A DNA stretch of 64,000 nt from Clostridiales bacterium UBA3758 (GTDB lineage Bacteria; Bacillota; Clostridia; Oscillospirales; Oscillospiraceae): the NCBI GenBank assembly GCA_002371675.1, contig DFGE01000022.1:35263-99262 (forward strand). The letters are read 5' to 3'. Positions 33,501 through 42,709 of this stretch are shown here, piece after piece (position 1 is the stretch's first letter; each line of letters starts with the position of its first letter). Position numbers and translations under genes: made by a program. The notes below the pieces were generated by a model. That model was not told the DNA's origin. It did no database searches and saw only the letters and a list, made by a program, of their open reading frames with translations.

Positions 33501-36107
33501 CACATCAGGACCGACCTGGACAGCTTCGGAGGCGGTGTTGTGGAAGAACACCACGCACATAGCCGATTCCAGACAGTCGCGGACACGAGGATCAGCGACG
33601 CGGGCGGCACGGACGGAGGGCTGATAGCGGTTATACCATTCCGCGCAGGCCCGGTTGATGATGTGATCCTGCGAGGCGATATTCTTCTTCCAGCACAGGA
33701 GCTTCGTGGGAATGCTGATTTCCGCGCCGTTCATGGCGTAGCCCGCAGGGATAACCGTACCGTCCTCGAGCGTGATACCGTTGGGCAGCTCAAAGTTGAT
33801 GTTCGGGCCTGCGGTACCGGCGTGCTCCACAGAGGACGTGCCCTGCACCTTCATGGTCATAGGAGCAGACCATTTGTGCTCTGCTCCACCGGAAACATAG
33901 GTATGGTCGATTGTTCCGGCTACCTCGTCTTTCTTGCCGAGGGTCATGCGCGGGGCGTTGATTACGATGAAATGAGCGTCCGGGTTCTTGGCATAAGCCT
34001 CTTCCAGATCGATCGCACCGTTGCCGTCGTAGATGTCGTTGCGATTCTGACGGGCAAGGATCTCGACACCGTCTTTGCCGTCTGCGATAAAGTTGGCCTT
34101 GATCTCGTTCTCAGTCAGGTCGCGGCCATACCCGCGCAGGAGGTAGATGTAGACGTCCGCCTCGTCGCAGCCGAAGGTGATACCCTTGGCCGTACCCTGC
34201 GTGTAACTCTCGTTCGCCGCGTACTGATCGAAGGAGAAGGTGCTCGCGCTCTCCCAGATGTACGCAAGGCGGTCTTCGCTGTCCTGCTGGATATTGATAT
34301 CCAGCTCTGCTTTCTGATCCTCACAGGTGCTCAGGGCAATGGTGGTCTGGTTGCCGTACAGGTAGGCGTTGTTCGCCTTGATCTCGATGCCGACGCCGCC
34401 GTCCATGCACGAGATGCCGACCGCGTCTTTGTCCGTGCTGTCCTTGATCGCATAGATGATCTTCAGCGCGAGACCGTCGCGCCGGGGATCGCCGGAGAAG
34501 GGCTGGTAGTTCAGCGTCAGCCGGTCGCCTGCGGTGACACGAATGCAGCGAACACCGTCAGAATCGGTCACAAGGCCGCCGTTGACTTCATCGAAGTTCG
34601 CCGAAAGGGTGAAGCTGTAGCCGTTATTGCTCCATCCGTGAAGGGAACCGATAGAGGCGGGATCGACCTTCACGGCAAGGCCGGAGGAAACTTCCTCCAT
34701 GCCCGCGCCGATAGAATCAACGGTCACGCTGTGCGTCACCGTCGTACTGCCGCATTTGATGGCCAGCGTGTGCGAGCCTGCGGTGACCGGGCGATATGCC
34801 CAGGTGTGCATGGTCTGATCGATGGTCTCGGTGATCTGCGCCACGTTATCGACCAGCAGCTGCACCTCGGTGGGATTCTCGGAGGGATTCACCACCATGT
34901 AAGAAATCTGCTCCGTGGTGTACTGCTGCAGATTCCCGCTCGGCCAGTTGGCCGCGATCACGACCGCGCTCGAAGCCCCGACCTGTGCGACCGCAGCGTA
35001 CAGATGGTTGGATTCCACTGTGGAGCCGTTCACGTCCATGACGCCGTAGACCTCGATGGTGTGCGCACCATGCGCGAGGCCGGAGATCGTCTTGGTGAAG
35101 CGTCGCCCGGAGGTGGTCACGGTATCGGTCGAATCCAAAACACCGTCCACATAGGTGTAAATGGTCTTGGTGCCGGTGCCGGTCGGCGTGATATAGAAGC
35201 TCAGATCGGACGCCGTATTCTTCGACACCTCGTCGAGGTTCCATTCCAGAGAGAACCGCTCGCGCTGGATCGTGAACTTCCGGCTTGCGGAGCTGCCGTA
35301 GCTGTCGGTCAGCACAAGCCGCACCGCGTTCGAGCCGACGGCCAGATACTGGAACACGTCGATGATCTTGTTGTCGCCCTGCTGCACAGGGATATTCGCT
35401 TTGAGAACGCTCCCCACATACACGGCCAGAGTGCCCGCGCCGGTTGCCGCCTGCGTCTCCGTGTCGATGGACAGGAACTTATAGGTGATCGGAGCGGTCC
35501 CGGCAGTATCGAGGACGGAGAACGAAGTCGGGGTGTAGATGGCAAAGGTCAAGCGGGAACCGCTGTCCCCTCCGCCGGAGCCGCCGCCACCGGCCACCTT
35601 GAACGGGGTGAAGTCCTCGGCGGGAAGATCTTCGCCGTTCTTCGTCAGATGGATAAAGCCCTCTTCATCCTGATAGCCGGAATCAAAGCCGACGCCGAGG
35701 TCAAGGTTTTCCAGATCCGAGAGGAAGCCCGCCGCGTTATCAACCGTCTGCTGTGCCGCAGCAGCAGAGGCCGCCGCAGAAGTCGCCGCATTGGAGGCGG
35801 TGCGGGCATTGGCCGCAGCCTGGAGGGCCTGCGCCTCTGCTGCCTCCGCTCTCGCGTTGGCGGACTGCGCCGAGGAAGCGGCCTCCGCCGCCGCCTGGGA
35901 CGCTGCCGACGCCGCCTGCGCCACACCCGAAGCCGATTCAGCCGCAGCAGCAGCAGAGGCCGCAGCAGCGGCAGCATTGCCGGACACTTCATCCTTGATA
36001 ACCTTGACCTTAATGCCATAGGTTTCTTCGTCCGAAGCCACAAGGAGAACATCATCATCCTGTGCTTCGTTCAGAAGTGCAAAGTCCTGGATTCTTTTGT
36101 TTGCCAT
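30534..36107 (-). CDS. tail fibre / receptor-binding protein, DGR target (1857 aa, multidomain)
   Basis: Ala-rich coiled-coil N-terminus, CotH-like core, LRR-like segment, two Listeria-Bacteroides-type repeats, and a C-terminal WWLRSP...GVAFG lectin-like VR domain. Confidence 0.85.
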   Translation of the reverse strand: MANKRIQDFALLNEAQDDDVLLVASDEETYGIKVKVIKDEVSGNAAAAAASAAAAAESASGVAQAASAASQAAAEAASSAQSANARAEAAEAQALQAAANARTASNAATSAAASAAAAQQTVDNAAGFLSDLENLDLGVGFDSGYQDEEGFIHLTKNGEDLPAEDFTPFKVAGGGGSGGGDSGSRLTFAIYTPTSFSVLDTAGTAPITYKFLSIDTETQAATGAGTLAVYVGSVLKANIPVQQGDNKIIDVFQYLAVGSNAVRLVLTDSYGSSASRKFTIQRERFSLEWNLDEVSKNTASDLSFYITPTGTGTKTIYTYVDGVLDSTDTVTTSGRRFTKTISGLAHGAHTIEVYGVMDVNGSTVESNHLYAAVAQVGASSAVVIAANWPSGNLQQYTTEQISYMVVNPSENPTEVQLLVDNVAQITETIDQTMHTWAYRPVTAGSHTLAIKCGSTTVTHSVTVDSIGAGMEEVSSGLAVKVDPASIGSLHGWSNNGYSFTLSANFDEVNGGLVTDSDGVRCIRVTAGDRLTLNYQPFSGDPRRDGLALKIIYAIKDSTDKDAVGISCMDGGVGIEIKANNAYLYGNQTTIALSTCEDQKAELDINIQQDSEDRLAYIWESASTFSFDQYAANESYTQGTAKGITFGCDEADVYIYLLRGYGRDLTENEIKANFIADGKDGVEILARQNRNDIYDGNGAIDLEEAYAKNPDAHFIVINAPRMTLGKKDEVAGTIDHTYVSGGAEHKWSAPMTMKVQGTSSVEHAGTAGPNINFELPNGITLEDGTVIPAGYAMNGAEISIPTKLLCWKKNIASQDHIINRACAEWYNRYQPSVRAARVADPRVRDCLESAMCVVFFHNTASEAVQVGPDVVQPDETVFFGLGNLCSNKDAEEVFDYDDIVIEVKNNANPQVRFKSDDLTGDNWGNNYEFRYLNEDALTEAQAIAAWQEVQTFLYETDVAAAPNTALNPSRTVNGQVFTVDNAAYRKARWLNEAPAIFDMDTLYFHYNITLFYLLRDNRAKNMFWSRNSAGKWGLWFNWDNDTGLCRNNDGYIDIEPGYMDFDTLGTGYVFNAADNALWTTLRECNEAELLANYLSRESAGAWNIDAFYAFCKESQEAICEALWIEDAQHNAIRTMQNLGTTAYLQRATGRLRLHIMKALMFQKVLVDSYYIATAATAESTAFRGYTPDDWAGVQPSGILQVTTYTNMYINILAGSNAYRARATAGVPVTVDISASLNNTEIYFRHAPWIQDFGDMSGLYLGQFEASNLKRARRLLIGSSVAGYYNTNFTQATFDNCKRLSELNLGGLVNAKRAFDFSPNIYLQTLYTKGSGVTGITFAKNGRLRNVQINGVASLDMRGLRQLETFSMESMAALTALVIEDCPLIDTYAIASGAVNIARVRLLEIDWSVGFVAYDTLIRLYNAHGIDDDGYDVAHGVLTGEVYFTGIGMTKYNDIRAKIPTVTFTYGEALAEYTVTFQDYDGTTLIVETSESGGSVLDPVRNGLIEAPTRAATAEKYWVFYGWNKSLDNITENTTVTAIYSEYDQYYTVTFCDHEGTPISGQTYTVAAHGTARYTGEDLPAVDGDIWGGWQQDTSDVVSDMQVMPRYIHPTMPAGVASGHTYLYSDDPEDDSAYTLNEFYGIIDSGYAKTYFSVGDKVKIVPNTTVFADSTIILQVVGFNHFRRVDNNEFASVVFHMVGLMNAGHNMNGSNTNAGGWASSNMRNWLNNTIFKALPQQWKSMIRKVKVMSSIGQTKADISTSEDNLFLLSQAEVGFNTSETPYVDEVDASAERRSFANFSSNANRIRKYYNGTGSAAGWWLRSPVSSSSTYFMIVNNYGGGSSNNYSASNSYGVAFGFCI
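30546..30673 (-). repeat. DGR variable repeat (VR), last 43 codons of the target gene
   Basis: 128 nt matching TR. Differences are A-to-N substitutions plus two extra codons (ggc, tcc). Confidence 0.9.
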
Positions 36108-36142
36108 AGCTGACCTCCTGTAAGATGTTCATAATTGGCGGA

Positions 36143-37906
36143 TCAGGTACCGCCTCCGTCCAATGCATTCAGCCGGTTCAGAATGCCAGAGATGTCATTC
36201 TGAATCTGTGTCAGCGTGGAATTGATCGAGCTGATATCGCTCTGGAGCGAGGAAATATCCGTGCCGTGCTGGGTCGATTCGGATTGCAGCGTCGAGACGT
36301 CGCTTTGCAACTGGCTAATATCAGAGGCCACCTGTTGAGCGGCGAGGATCGAAGCAGAGAGAGCCGCAATATCTGAGGTGTTTTGCGTCACGTCCCTCTG
36401 CAGGCTCGTAATGTTGGAGGCGTTCGACTGAATGCTCCTGGTATTGGCGCCGATCTTCCCGTCAAGGGTAGATTCTGCCCCCTCCGCTCTCGTTCTCTCT
36501 GCACCGATGGCAGTTGAAAGCGCCTGTTCAGCAGTGGACGCTCGGTCGATCTCCTCTTGAAGGTCGGTGTCGCTGACCTTCCCGGCGAGTTCTTCTGCGT
36601 TCTGCTCGATGGCTGCATTCAGATCTTCCGTGGACTGTCTAAGCCGTTGGAAGTTGGAGAGATACGGATATTCGGTGCTCAGCTCCTCGCTGTTCGGCGC
36701 GGACAGATCAGCACGGAAATTATGATCGAGTGTCAGCGTCGCGCCATAAATGACGCTGTGCACCTTATCCCCAATCTTTACCTGATCGCCCAACTCTGTA
36801 GCCGGGTCATAGAGGGCCTTTGTCGCTGTAAACGGGAAATACACAAGGCCGTTGTAGGCGGCATACAGATCATTGCAGATTCCCTGCGTGGCATACGGGT
36901 TACTGTCGATATTCAGCAGCTTCCCCGTGTCGTTCCCGGCTGTGTACACATTCCCGCTCTCGTCGGTCATGGTCACGCCGGTGATAGTGTACCGGGAGCC
37001 GGTCTTGATATCGCCGCACACCACAGGGATATTGATTACATTCTCAGGCGGTACCGCCTGGGCGATATGCTCCTCCGTGTCCCACACAAGGTAATACCCC
37101 TCCGGGGTGACGATGTAGTTTCCCGCCTCATCCACGATGAAGTAGGTGCGAGGAAACGGAGAATCCGGCTGAACGCCAGCCGGAGCCGGGAGAACAGCGT
37201 TGAACACCTCCTGCTCCTTGTAGATCAGGAGGTGTCCATCGTTGGTTTGAATGATGTTATAATCACTGTCAATGATGTGGAATGTTTCGTCCGGCGCGGT
37301 GATCAGCGGCACGAGGTACAGAAGGTTTTCCTCTGTAATGATCCAGTTGCCGCCGTGACAGGCCGCGATATAGCCCATCACCTGATTCATGGTTCGATTT
37401 GCCGGGAACGGCACCATGTAATCAGCGCCCGTCCGAATGCGTGTGCGTGGGTCGATGCCTACCCCGATTCGGTATGCTACCTCTTCCACCACCGTCTTCA
37501 TCGACTTCGGCCATGTGGCCGAGGTATCAGTGTCAGAGAGATAGTTTTGATTCGTCTTGAGCATGGCGTCGAAGCAGTCCACCGTCACGAGGCCCGCAAA
37601 GCTGCTGTCGCGCTGGTCGATCCAGTAGGTGCCGAACTCCATCCATTCGCTCGCGTGGACGTCGTTGACGATCCTGCCGAGGATCACGACCGAGGTCTTA
37701 TCCTCGATAACATCATCCGTGAGGACGGACAGGTGCAGCGTCGCAGAATTACAGTTGCCGACAGACAGAGGCGACGGCATAAGGCTCCGCACGATGCGAG
37801 GCGCTGAGATGGCCCGGTAGTCCTTGCCATTAATCCGCGCCTTGGCGTCGAAGGTGAAGCGGCCACGGATGGCCATCTTCTCCCAGCGTTTCGATCTTCT
37901 TCTCAT
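36143..37906 (-). CDS. tail tip / baseplate-associated protein with a C-terminal coiled coil
   Basis: 587 aa, between the distal tail genes and the fibre gene. C-terminal heptad repeats (DISSLQSDISSINSTL). Called from position. Confidence 0.65.
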   Translation of the reverse strand: MRRRSKRWEKMAIRGRFTFDAKARINGKDYRAISAPRIVRSLMPSPLSVGNCNSATLHLSVLTDDVIEDKTSVVILGRIVNDVHASEWMEFGTYWIDQRDSSFAGLVTVDCFDAMLKTNQNYLSDTDTSATWPKSMKTVVEEVAYRIGVGIDPRTRIRTGADYMVPFPANRTMNQVMGYIAACHGGNWIITEENLLYLVPLITAPDETFHIIDSDYNIIQTNDGHLLIYKEQEVFNAVLPAPAGVQPDSPFPRTYFIVDEAGNYIVTPEGYYLVWDTEEHIAQAVPPENVINIPVVCGDIKTGSRYTITGVTMTDESGNVYTAGNDTGKLLNIDSNPYATQGICNDLYAAYNGLVYFPFTATKALYDPATELGDQVKIGDKVHSVIYGATLTLDHNFRADLSAPNSEELSTEYPYLSNFQRLRQSTEDLNAAIEQNAEELAGKVSDTDLQEEIDRASTAEQALSTAIGAERTRAEGAESTLDGKIGANTRSIQSNASNITSLQRDVTQNTSDIAALSASILAAQQVASDISQLQSDVSTLQSESTQHGTDISSLQSDISSINSTLTQIQNDISGILNRLNALDGGGT

Positions 37907-37910
37907 GCGG

Positions 37911-38282
37911 CTACCTCTCGGTCATATCGAAGTTGCAGCCGTCGTAGACGGTGATCTTATCCGATCTGTCGTACTTCTGCGACCCGTATTTCAGGGTGGA
38001 GGTATAGTATTCTCTGGTAACAACACGGTTCAGATCCGGGTCAAGAAAGGTGATCATGGCGAACTCTGCTTTGATATCGTTGGAGATTCCCTTCATGATC
38101 TGCTCGGGGAGCCGGAGGAACTTCGCCGTCCACTTGAACTTCTGCGCGATCCTTGCCCGGTACATCAGGCCGTCAAGGAGGTTGCGCCCTGCGCCGTCGC
38201 TGTCCAGGTCGTTCCGTACCGGCTCGAGTTCCAGGAGGTAATCGGTGTAATCGTTATCTCCGATCTTAAAGACAGGCTTCAC
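37911..38282 (-). CDS. small tail component (distal tail-like)
   Basis: 123 aa, GTG start with RBS aaggaggtg, immediately after the tape measure gene. Confidence 0.5.
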   Translation of the reverse strand: MKPVFKIGDNDYTDYLLELEPVRNDLDSDGAGRNLLDGLMYRARIAQKFKWTAKFLRLPEQIMKGISNDIKAEFAMITFLDPDLNRVVTREYYTSTLKYGSQKYDRSDKITVYDGCNFDMTER

Positions 38283-38294
38283 GTGCGCACCTCC

Positions 38295-41200
38295 TTATGT
38301 GTTCAGTAGCGGGGAATGTCCCACAGCCCGCGTTCGTCTGTTGATTTCCTTAATCGTCATGTCAGCGACATAGCGGCTGTCAAAGGTCGTGTCGCCGCCG
38401 CTGTACTGCTGGATGGCGTTCACGATGGAGGACGCCGCATTGGTTACGGCCTGCACGATCACGCTGCCCAGCTCGTCGTTCGATGCTTCAATTACATCAG
38501 CGATCCCGGAGGTATCAGCGCCTCCCGGTGCAACAGCATAGGGCATAACGGAACCGGCTACAACGGGCGCAGAGTAGGTGATCCGCGAGGCGATCTCCTG
38601 CAGCTTGGCGAGGACGTCGCCGCCGCCGACCGATCCTTCAATCGGCGCGACATTCACCGTTGGATGGGCGCTCGCTGCGTACAGCACCGCGCTAATAATG
38701 CCATTGGCACAGGCGGTCATTCTGGAGAGAATTGCGGAGCCGATGGTGTTCGAGATCGTCACCATGGCCGTCCTGACCGCCGCCTCCATTGTGGCCGCGA
38801 GCTGGGACTTGTTCAGAACTTCGGTGCGGTTGTTTACATGGCCGACGATCTCCGGCCCTGCCTCACCGGCGACGAACATGGAGCCGTGCGCCGTATGCGT
38901 ACCGGTCGCATATTTGGGAATGCTCCTCCACCAGTTTGTGGTACCGTCATGCAGCACGCCGCCGCCAGACAGGAGCTTGAAGCCGTGCGACGTTACAATG
39001 CCGCCGGAGGCAAGGCCGAAGAACGCTTTCAGGGAAGACCAGCCGGATTTGAACAGGCTGATACCAACAGAAACGCTCGTGCCGATGAATCCTGCGATTG
39101 TCTGCCATCCACGTTTGAGCAGGCTGATATACACATTGTTCGATGTACCGATCCAGTTCGACAGCGCCGTCCAACCGCGTTTCAGCAGCGAGATATACAC
39201 TGAAACCGCCGTGCCGACGTATGCCGAGATCGTGCTCCAACCGCGTTTCAGCAGCGAGATAGAAACCGAAACCGCCGTGCCGACGTAGTTGGCAATCGTA
39301 CTCCAACCTTTTTTCAGAAGGGAGATCGTCACCGCAACTGCTGTGCCGACAAAACCGGCGATAGTTTTCCAGCCCTTTTTCAGCAGTGAGATAGCTACCG
39401 AAACGGCTGTGCCGACAAACTTTTCAATGGTTTTCCAACCTTTTTTGAGAAGCTTGATACCGACCGATACGGCAGTACCGACGAACTTTTCTATCGTCTT
39501 CCAACCTTTTTTCAGAAGGGAGATCGTCACCTTCACGGCGTCGCCGACGAATTTTGTGATCGTTTTCCAGCCCTTCTTGATGAGGCTGATTGCCACATCG
39601 AGCTTATCGCCGACCCATTTTTTCAGAGACTTCCAGCCTTTTTTCACCAGGGATACGGCAGCTGTGACCGCTGTGCCGACGAATTTTTTCAGAGATTCCC
39701 AGCCAACCTTAATCAGCTTGATACCGATTTCGAGGAGGTTTTCATCCCCGTCAAGGTCGAGCGCGTCTTTCAGCAGGCCACGGATAAGGCCGGTAATACC
39801 CTCAAAGGCGCTTTTGAGCAGTTCGAAGATAGATTCCGCGATCCCGGCCCAGTCGATATTTTTAAGGAAATCAGCGATACCCTCGCCGATCTTGTCCCAA
39901 TTGACCGCCTTGATTGCGTTTGTGATGCCGTCAAAGAAGCCCTGGGCAAAATCGCTGAAGCCTTTGGCCAGCTCTGCCCAGTCGAGGTTTTCGAGGAATC
40001 CGGCAGCGGTGAGCAGGATGATTCGGAATTTGCCGGAGAGAACAGTACCGAGGTTCGTCCAATCTACGCTTTTGATAATGGCGTTGACGGATTCGGCGAG
40101 GTGCTTGCCGAGATTCTTCCAGTCAAAGTTGAGAATGGCTGTTGCGAGGAAGGTCAGCACACCATTCAGCCAGTAGCCGATTTTAGAGCCGATGCCGCTC
40201 CAGTCTACGCTATCAACCATCTCGTTCAGCTTATCGGTTAGAACCGTCGCAGCGCCCGCCCAGTCGCCTTCTTTGATCTTGTCCACCATCATGGTCAACC
40301 AGTCGGGGAGCGTGACCTCGGCGGGATCTGTGGTGCCTGCGCCGCCTCCGCCTCCACCGCCGCCGTCATCGTCGCCGTTCAGGATATTCAGATCATCGAA
40401 GCTCGCGAGCTGCCGCTTCAATTCTTTTGCTGCGCCTCCGGCTCCGCCCGCTGCTTTGTCGATGTTCTTGACGGCGGTCGATCCGGCAATGCCGAGCAGA
40501 CTCAGCAGGGCCGTGATATAGCCGATGGCCGTGGACACCAACCCGATGATCCGGGTGATGATCGGGCCGAGAATATTTCCGAGCTGTGAGAACATGCTGG
40601 ACATCTGGCCGGACAGGGCCGTGTTCTGGCTCATGTATTCGGTGACCGCTTTGCGGAGCAGCGAATAGATACCTCTCGCGCCGAGCATGGCCAGAGAGAA
40701 CTTCTTTGCGGCTCCGATCAAGCCGCCGAATTGTTTACTCATGGAGTTCCCGCCGGTGACCATCCGCCCCATGGCGGACGCCGCCGCTTTCAGCCCTGAC
40801 ACAAAATGCCCGATGGCCGTCTTCCCGAGAGAGGCCAGAGCGCCGGGGAGCTGCCCGGCCTTAACCAGCAGCGGGCCAAGGGCGCGGTCTGCCGTCTGGA
40901 TCGGGTGCGTCACGGCGTTCGCCACGCCGGAAAACGCGCTACGCACCGTGGCCCCGATACTGGCGAAGGCGCTCTTGATCATGCCGCTGGCCGTGGGTAC
41001 CTGGGAAAGTCTCGCCTGTGCATTCGCGGCCTCTGCTTCCAGATCGGCGAGGGCCTGCTTCGCCTGCTCAATACGGGAGGCAAGCTCGGCATATTCCGCC
41101 GTCTCGGTGCCGGGGGTAAAGGCAGTGCCCTTATCCTCCATGTTCGCTACTGCGTCGGCGTACTGCTCTGCCTTTTCTCTGGCCATGTCAATATCGACCT

Positions 41201-41573
41201 GCAGGTTCTTCCACTGCGTAGAGTTCTCGCTGACGCCGCGCCGCTTCAAAAGATCCTGTTTGTGTTCCAGAGCTTCGAGCTTATAGGTAGCCTGATCCAT
41301 GGCGGCGATCATGTTCTTGTACTGATCGGTCGCAACGGGCTTATGGCCGAGGGCTTCCAGCTCTCTTTCCATCTCGGCAATGGAGGCCCTGGCCTTGTCT
41401 GCCTCTGCCTGATAGTCTTTGAAACTTCCGCCCTTGGCCGCCCGTTTCAGGGCAGGGCCGAGCGCCTTTACCGATGCTTCGAGGGACTTGACGGCTGATT
41501 TCATCTCCGCGCTGCCCGCCTTAAAGCCTTGCGGGTCAAGCTCGGTGTCGACCATTACGCTGCCGTCTGCCAT
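38295..41573 (-). CDS. tape measure protein
   Basis: 1092 aa with an N-terminal coiled coil, hydrophobic/Gly-rich middle, 11 tandem 22-aa repeats and a Gly8 run. Canonical position after the tail chaperone genes. Confidence 0.9.
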   Translation of the reverse strand: MADGSVMVDTELDPQGFKAGSAEMKSAVKSLEASVKALGPALKRAAKGGSFKDYQAEADKARASIAEMERELEALGHKPVATDQYKNMIAAMDQATYKLEALEHKQDLLKRRGVSENSTQWKNLQVDIDMAREKAEQYADAVANMEDKGTAFTPGTETAEYAELASRIEQAKQALADLEAEAANAQARLSQVPTASGMIKSAFASIGATVRSAFSGVANAVTHPIQTADRALGPLLVKAGQLPGALASLGKTAIGHFVSGLKAAASAMGRMVTGGNSMSKQFGGLIGAAKKFSLAMLGARGIYSLLRKAVTEYMSQNTALSGQMSSMFSQLGNILGPIITRIIGLVSTAIGYITALLSLLGIAGSTAVKNIDKAAGGAGGAAKELKRQLASFDDLNILNGDDDGGGGGGGGAGTTDPAEVTLPDWLTMMVDKIKEGDWAGAATVLTDKLNEMVDSVDWSGIGSKIGYWLNGVLTFLATAILNFDWKNLGKHLAESVNAIIKSVDWTNLGTVLSGKFRIILLTAAGFLENLDWAELAKGFSDFAQGFFDGITNAIKAVNWDKIGEGIADFLKNIDWAGIAESIFELLKSAFEGITGLIRGLLKDALDLDGDENLLEIGIKLIKVGWESLKKFVGTAVTAAVSLVKKGWKSLKKWVGDKLDVAISLIKKGWKTITKFVGDAVKVTISLLKKGWKTIEKFVGTAVSVGIKLLKKGWKTIEKFVGTAVSVAISLLKKGWKTIAGFVGTAVAVTISLLKKGWSTIANYVGTAVSVSISLLKRGWSTISAYVGTAVSVYISLLKRGWTALSNWIGTSNNVYISLLKRGWQTIAGFIGTSVSVGISLFKSGWSSLKAFFGLASGGIVTSHGFKLLSGGGVLHDGTTNWWRSIPKYATGTHTAHGSMFVAGEAGPEIVGHVNNRTEVLNKSQLAATMEAAVRTAMVTISNTIGSAILSRMTACANGIISAVLYAASAHPTVNVAPIEGSVGGGDVLAKLQEIASRITYSAPVVAGSVMPYAVAPGGADTSGIADVIEASNDELGSVIVQAVTNAASSIVNAIQQYSGGDTTFDSRYVADMTIKEINRRTRAVGHSPLLNT
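39015..39730 (-). repeat. 11 tandem 66-nt (22-aa) coding repeats within the tape measure gene
   Basis: Repeat consensus ISLLKKGWKTIxxFVGTAVSV, read directly from the translation. Confidence 0.85.
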
Positions 41574-41588
41574 GATTTCACCCTCTTT

Positions 41589-42146
41589 CTAATCGAACAG
41601 TTTGTTGATTTTATCCTTCTGAGCCTTCTCCTCCTCCGTCAGCCTGGGGCGGAGGACGCAGATGCTCTTGTTCGCATTCCAATAATCGCGCTCCCACTTT
41701 TCGAGCTTCTTGCCCGTGGCCTTTTTCAGCCGGAGCGAGAGCACATTTGCATACACGCCCTTGCTGATCTCCATAAAGTAGCCCATGAACGTCCACCAGT
41801 GGATGTATTCAGCCGAGCGCGTTTCAAAGCCCGCCACCTTATTCACGGCTGGGAACAGGATATTTTCGTCCTGTTCCCAATCCATGACCTTCGGTGAAGG
41901 CTTCCCATCGTCCGAATTGCCGTAATCTATGAAAGAGATTGCAGCCTTGAACGCCGCCTCGTAGTCCTCTTCCGGGATCTCGTCGAAATCCACGTAGAGA
42001 ATGCGGAGGGCAATATACGCCTTTTCCTGCTCCTCCAATTCAGGATCGGCAAAGGCGCAGACGATTTTCAGAACGTCTCTGAAATCAGTACGGATCTCGT
42101 ACTCCGTGCCGTTTACATCGAGGCTCCGGGGAAGCTGGCCGATCAT
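41589..42146 (-). CDS. phage Gp15-like protein (tail assembly region)
   Basis: 185 aa. The N-terminus LPRSLDVNGTEYEIRTDFRDVLKI is recalled as the bacteriophage Gp15 family. Lies upstream of the TMP gene. Confidence 0.6.
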   Translation of the reverse strand: MIGQLPRSLDVNGTEYEIRTDFRDVLKIVCAFADPELEEQEKAYIALRILYVDFDEIPEEDYEAAFKAAISFIDYGNSDDGKPSPKVMDWEQDENILFPAVNKVAGFETRSAEYIHWWTFMGYFMEISKGVYANVLSLRLKKATGKKLEKWERDYWNANKSICVLRPRLTEEEKAQKDKINKLFD

Positions 42147-42634
42147 GCCCGGCCGTCCTTGTGCTTCCCGGTTCTGGCCTCATATCCGTGGGTGTACTTC
42201 TGCACCCGCTTCTCGACCTTCGCGGTCTCGGCCTCGAACTGCTGGCCGATAAATGCGCCGACAACATCAATCGCCTGCGCACAATAAAACTGCCCGTTCA
42301 CAGGAGAGAACGGGTGCATCTTCCCAAAGAAAGCCTCGGCCATGTTTCCGCCGAAGAGATAATCCACGGCGTCAAACAAGCGCTTCGTGGCTTCACGCAG
42401 AGCGGCAAGGTCGGCCTCGTTCTCCGGGTCAACCGTGCCGTCGTTCTCGATGGTCACATTTTCCAGAGGTTCCGTGACCTTATCGAAGGACTTCACGACC
42501 TCGTTGTATCTGTCGATGATTCCGATATCGGTGGGCCGAAAGGCGAACACGCCGATCTGCTCGCCGCTCTTGTTCATCACGGGAACGCTTACGCTGCCGT
42601 CATCTACGACAAGCTGCATGATCTTTTCGGGCAT
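42143..42634 (-). CDS. putative tail assembly chaperone
   Basis: 163 aa, between the major tail and Gp15-like genes. Called from position. Confidence 0.45.
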   Translation of the reverse strand: MPEKIMQLVVDDGSVSVPVMNKSGEQIGVFAFRPTDIGIIDRYNEVVKSFDKVTEPLENVTIENDGTVDPENEADLAALREATKRLFDAVDYLFGGNMAEAFFGKMHPFSPVNGQFYCAQAIDVVGAFIGQQFEAETAKVEKRVQKYTHGYEARTGKHKDGRA

Positions 42635-42709
42635 TTGTGAATCCTCCTTCTATGTTTACGCAAGGAAAAAGGGGCAGCCCGAAAGCTGCCCCTGAATGGC
42701 TGGTCACCC

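Noticed and set aside
30525-36113. 545-aa and 1245-aa plus-strand ORFs opposite the fibre gene.
   Set aside because: Antisense shadows with extreme Arg/Gly/Val/His bias. The minus-strand ORF has an RBS, domain motifs and the VR.
39015-39730. Regular 66-nt repeats that could be mistaken for a CRISPR array.
   Set aside because: The units are contiguous, with no unique spacers. They are in frame within a 1092-aa ORF and encode a conserved 22-aa motif.
40330-40375. GC-rich run encoding Gly8 in the tape measure protein, considered as a phase-variable simple repeat.
   Set aside because: The DNA is mixed gcc/gcc/tcc/acc codons rather than a homopolymer or perfect microsatellite, so slipped-strand switching is unlikely.
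42143-42200. Possible G/GT-type -1 programmed frameshift between the two ORFs upstream of the tape measure gene.
   Set aside because: The ORFs overlap by a simple ATGA, and I found no XXXYYYZ slippery heptamer near the 3' end of the first ORF.
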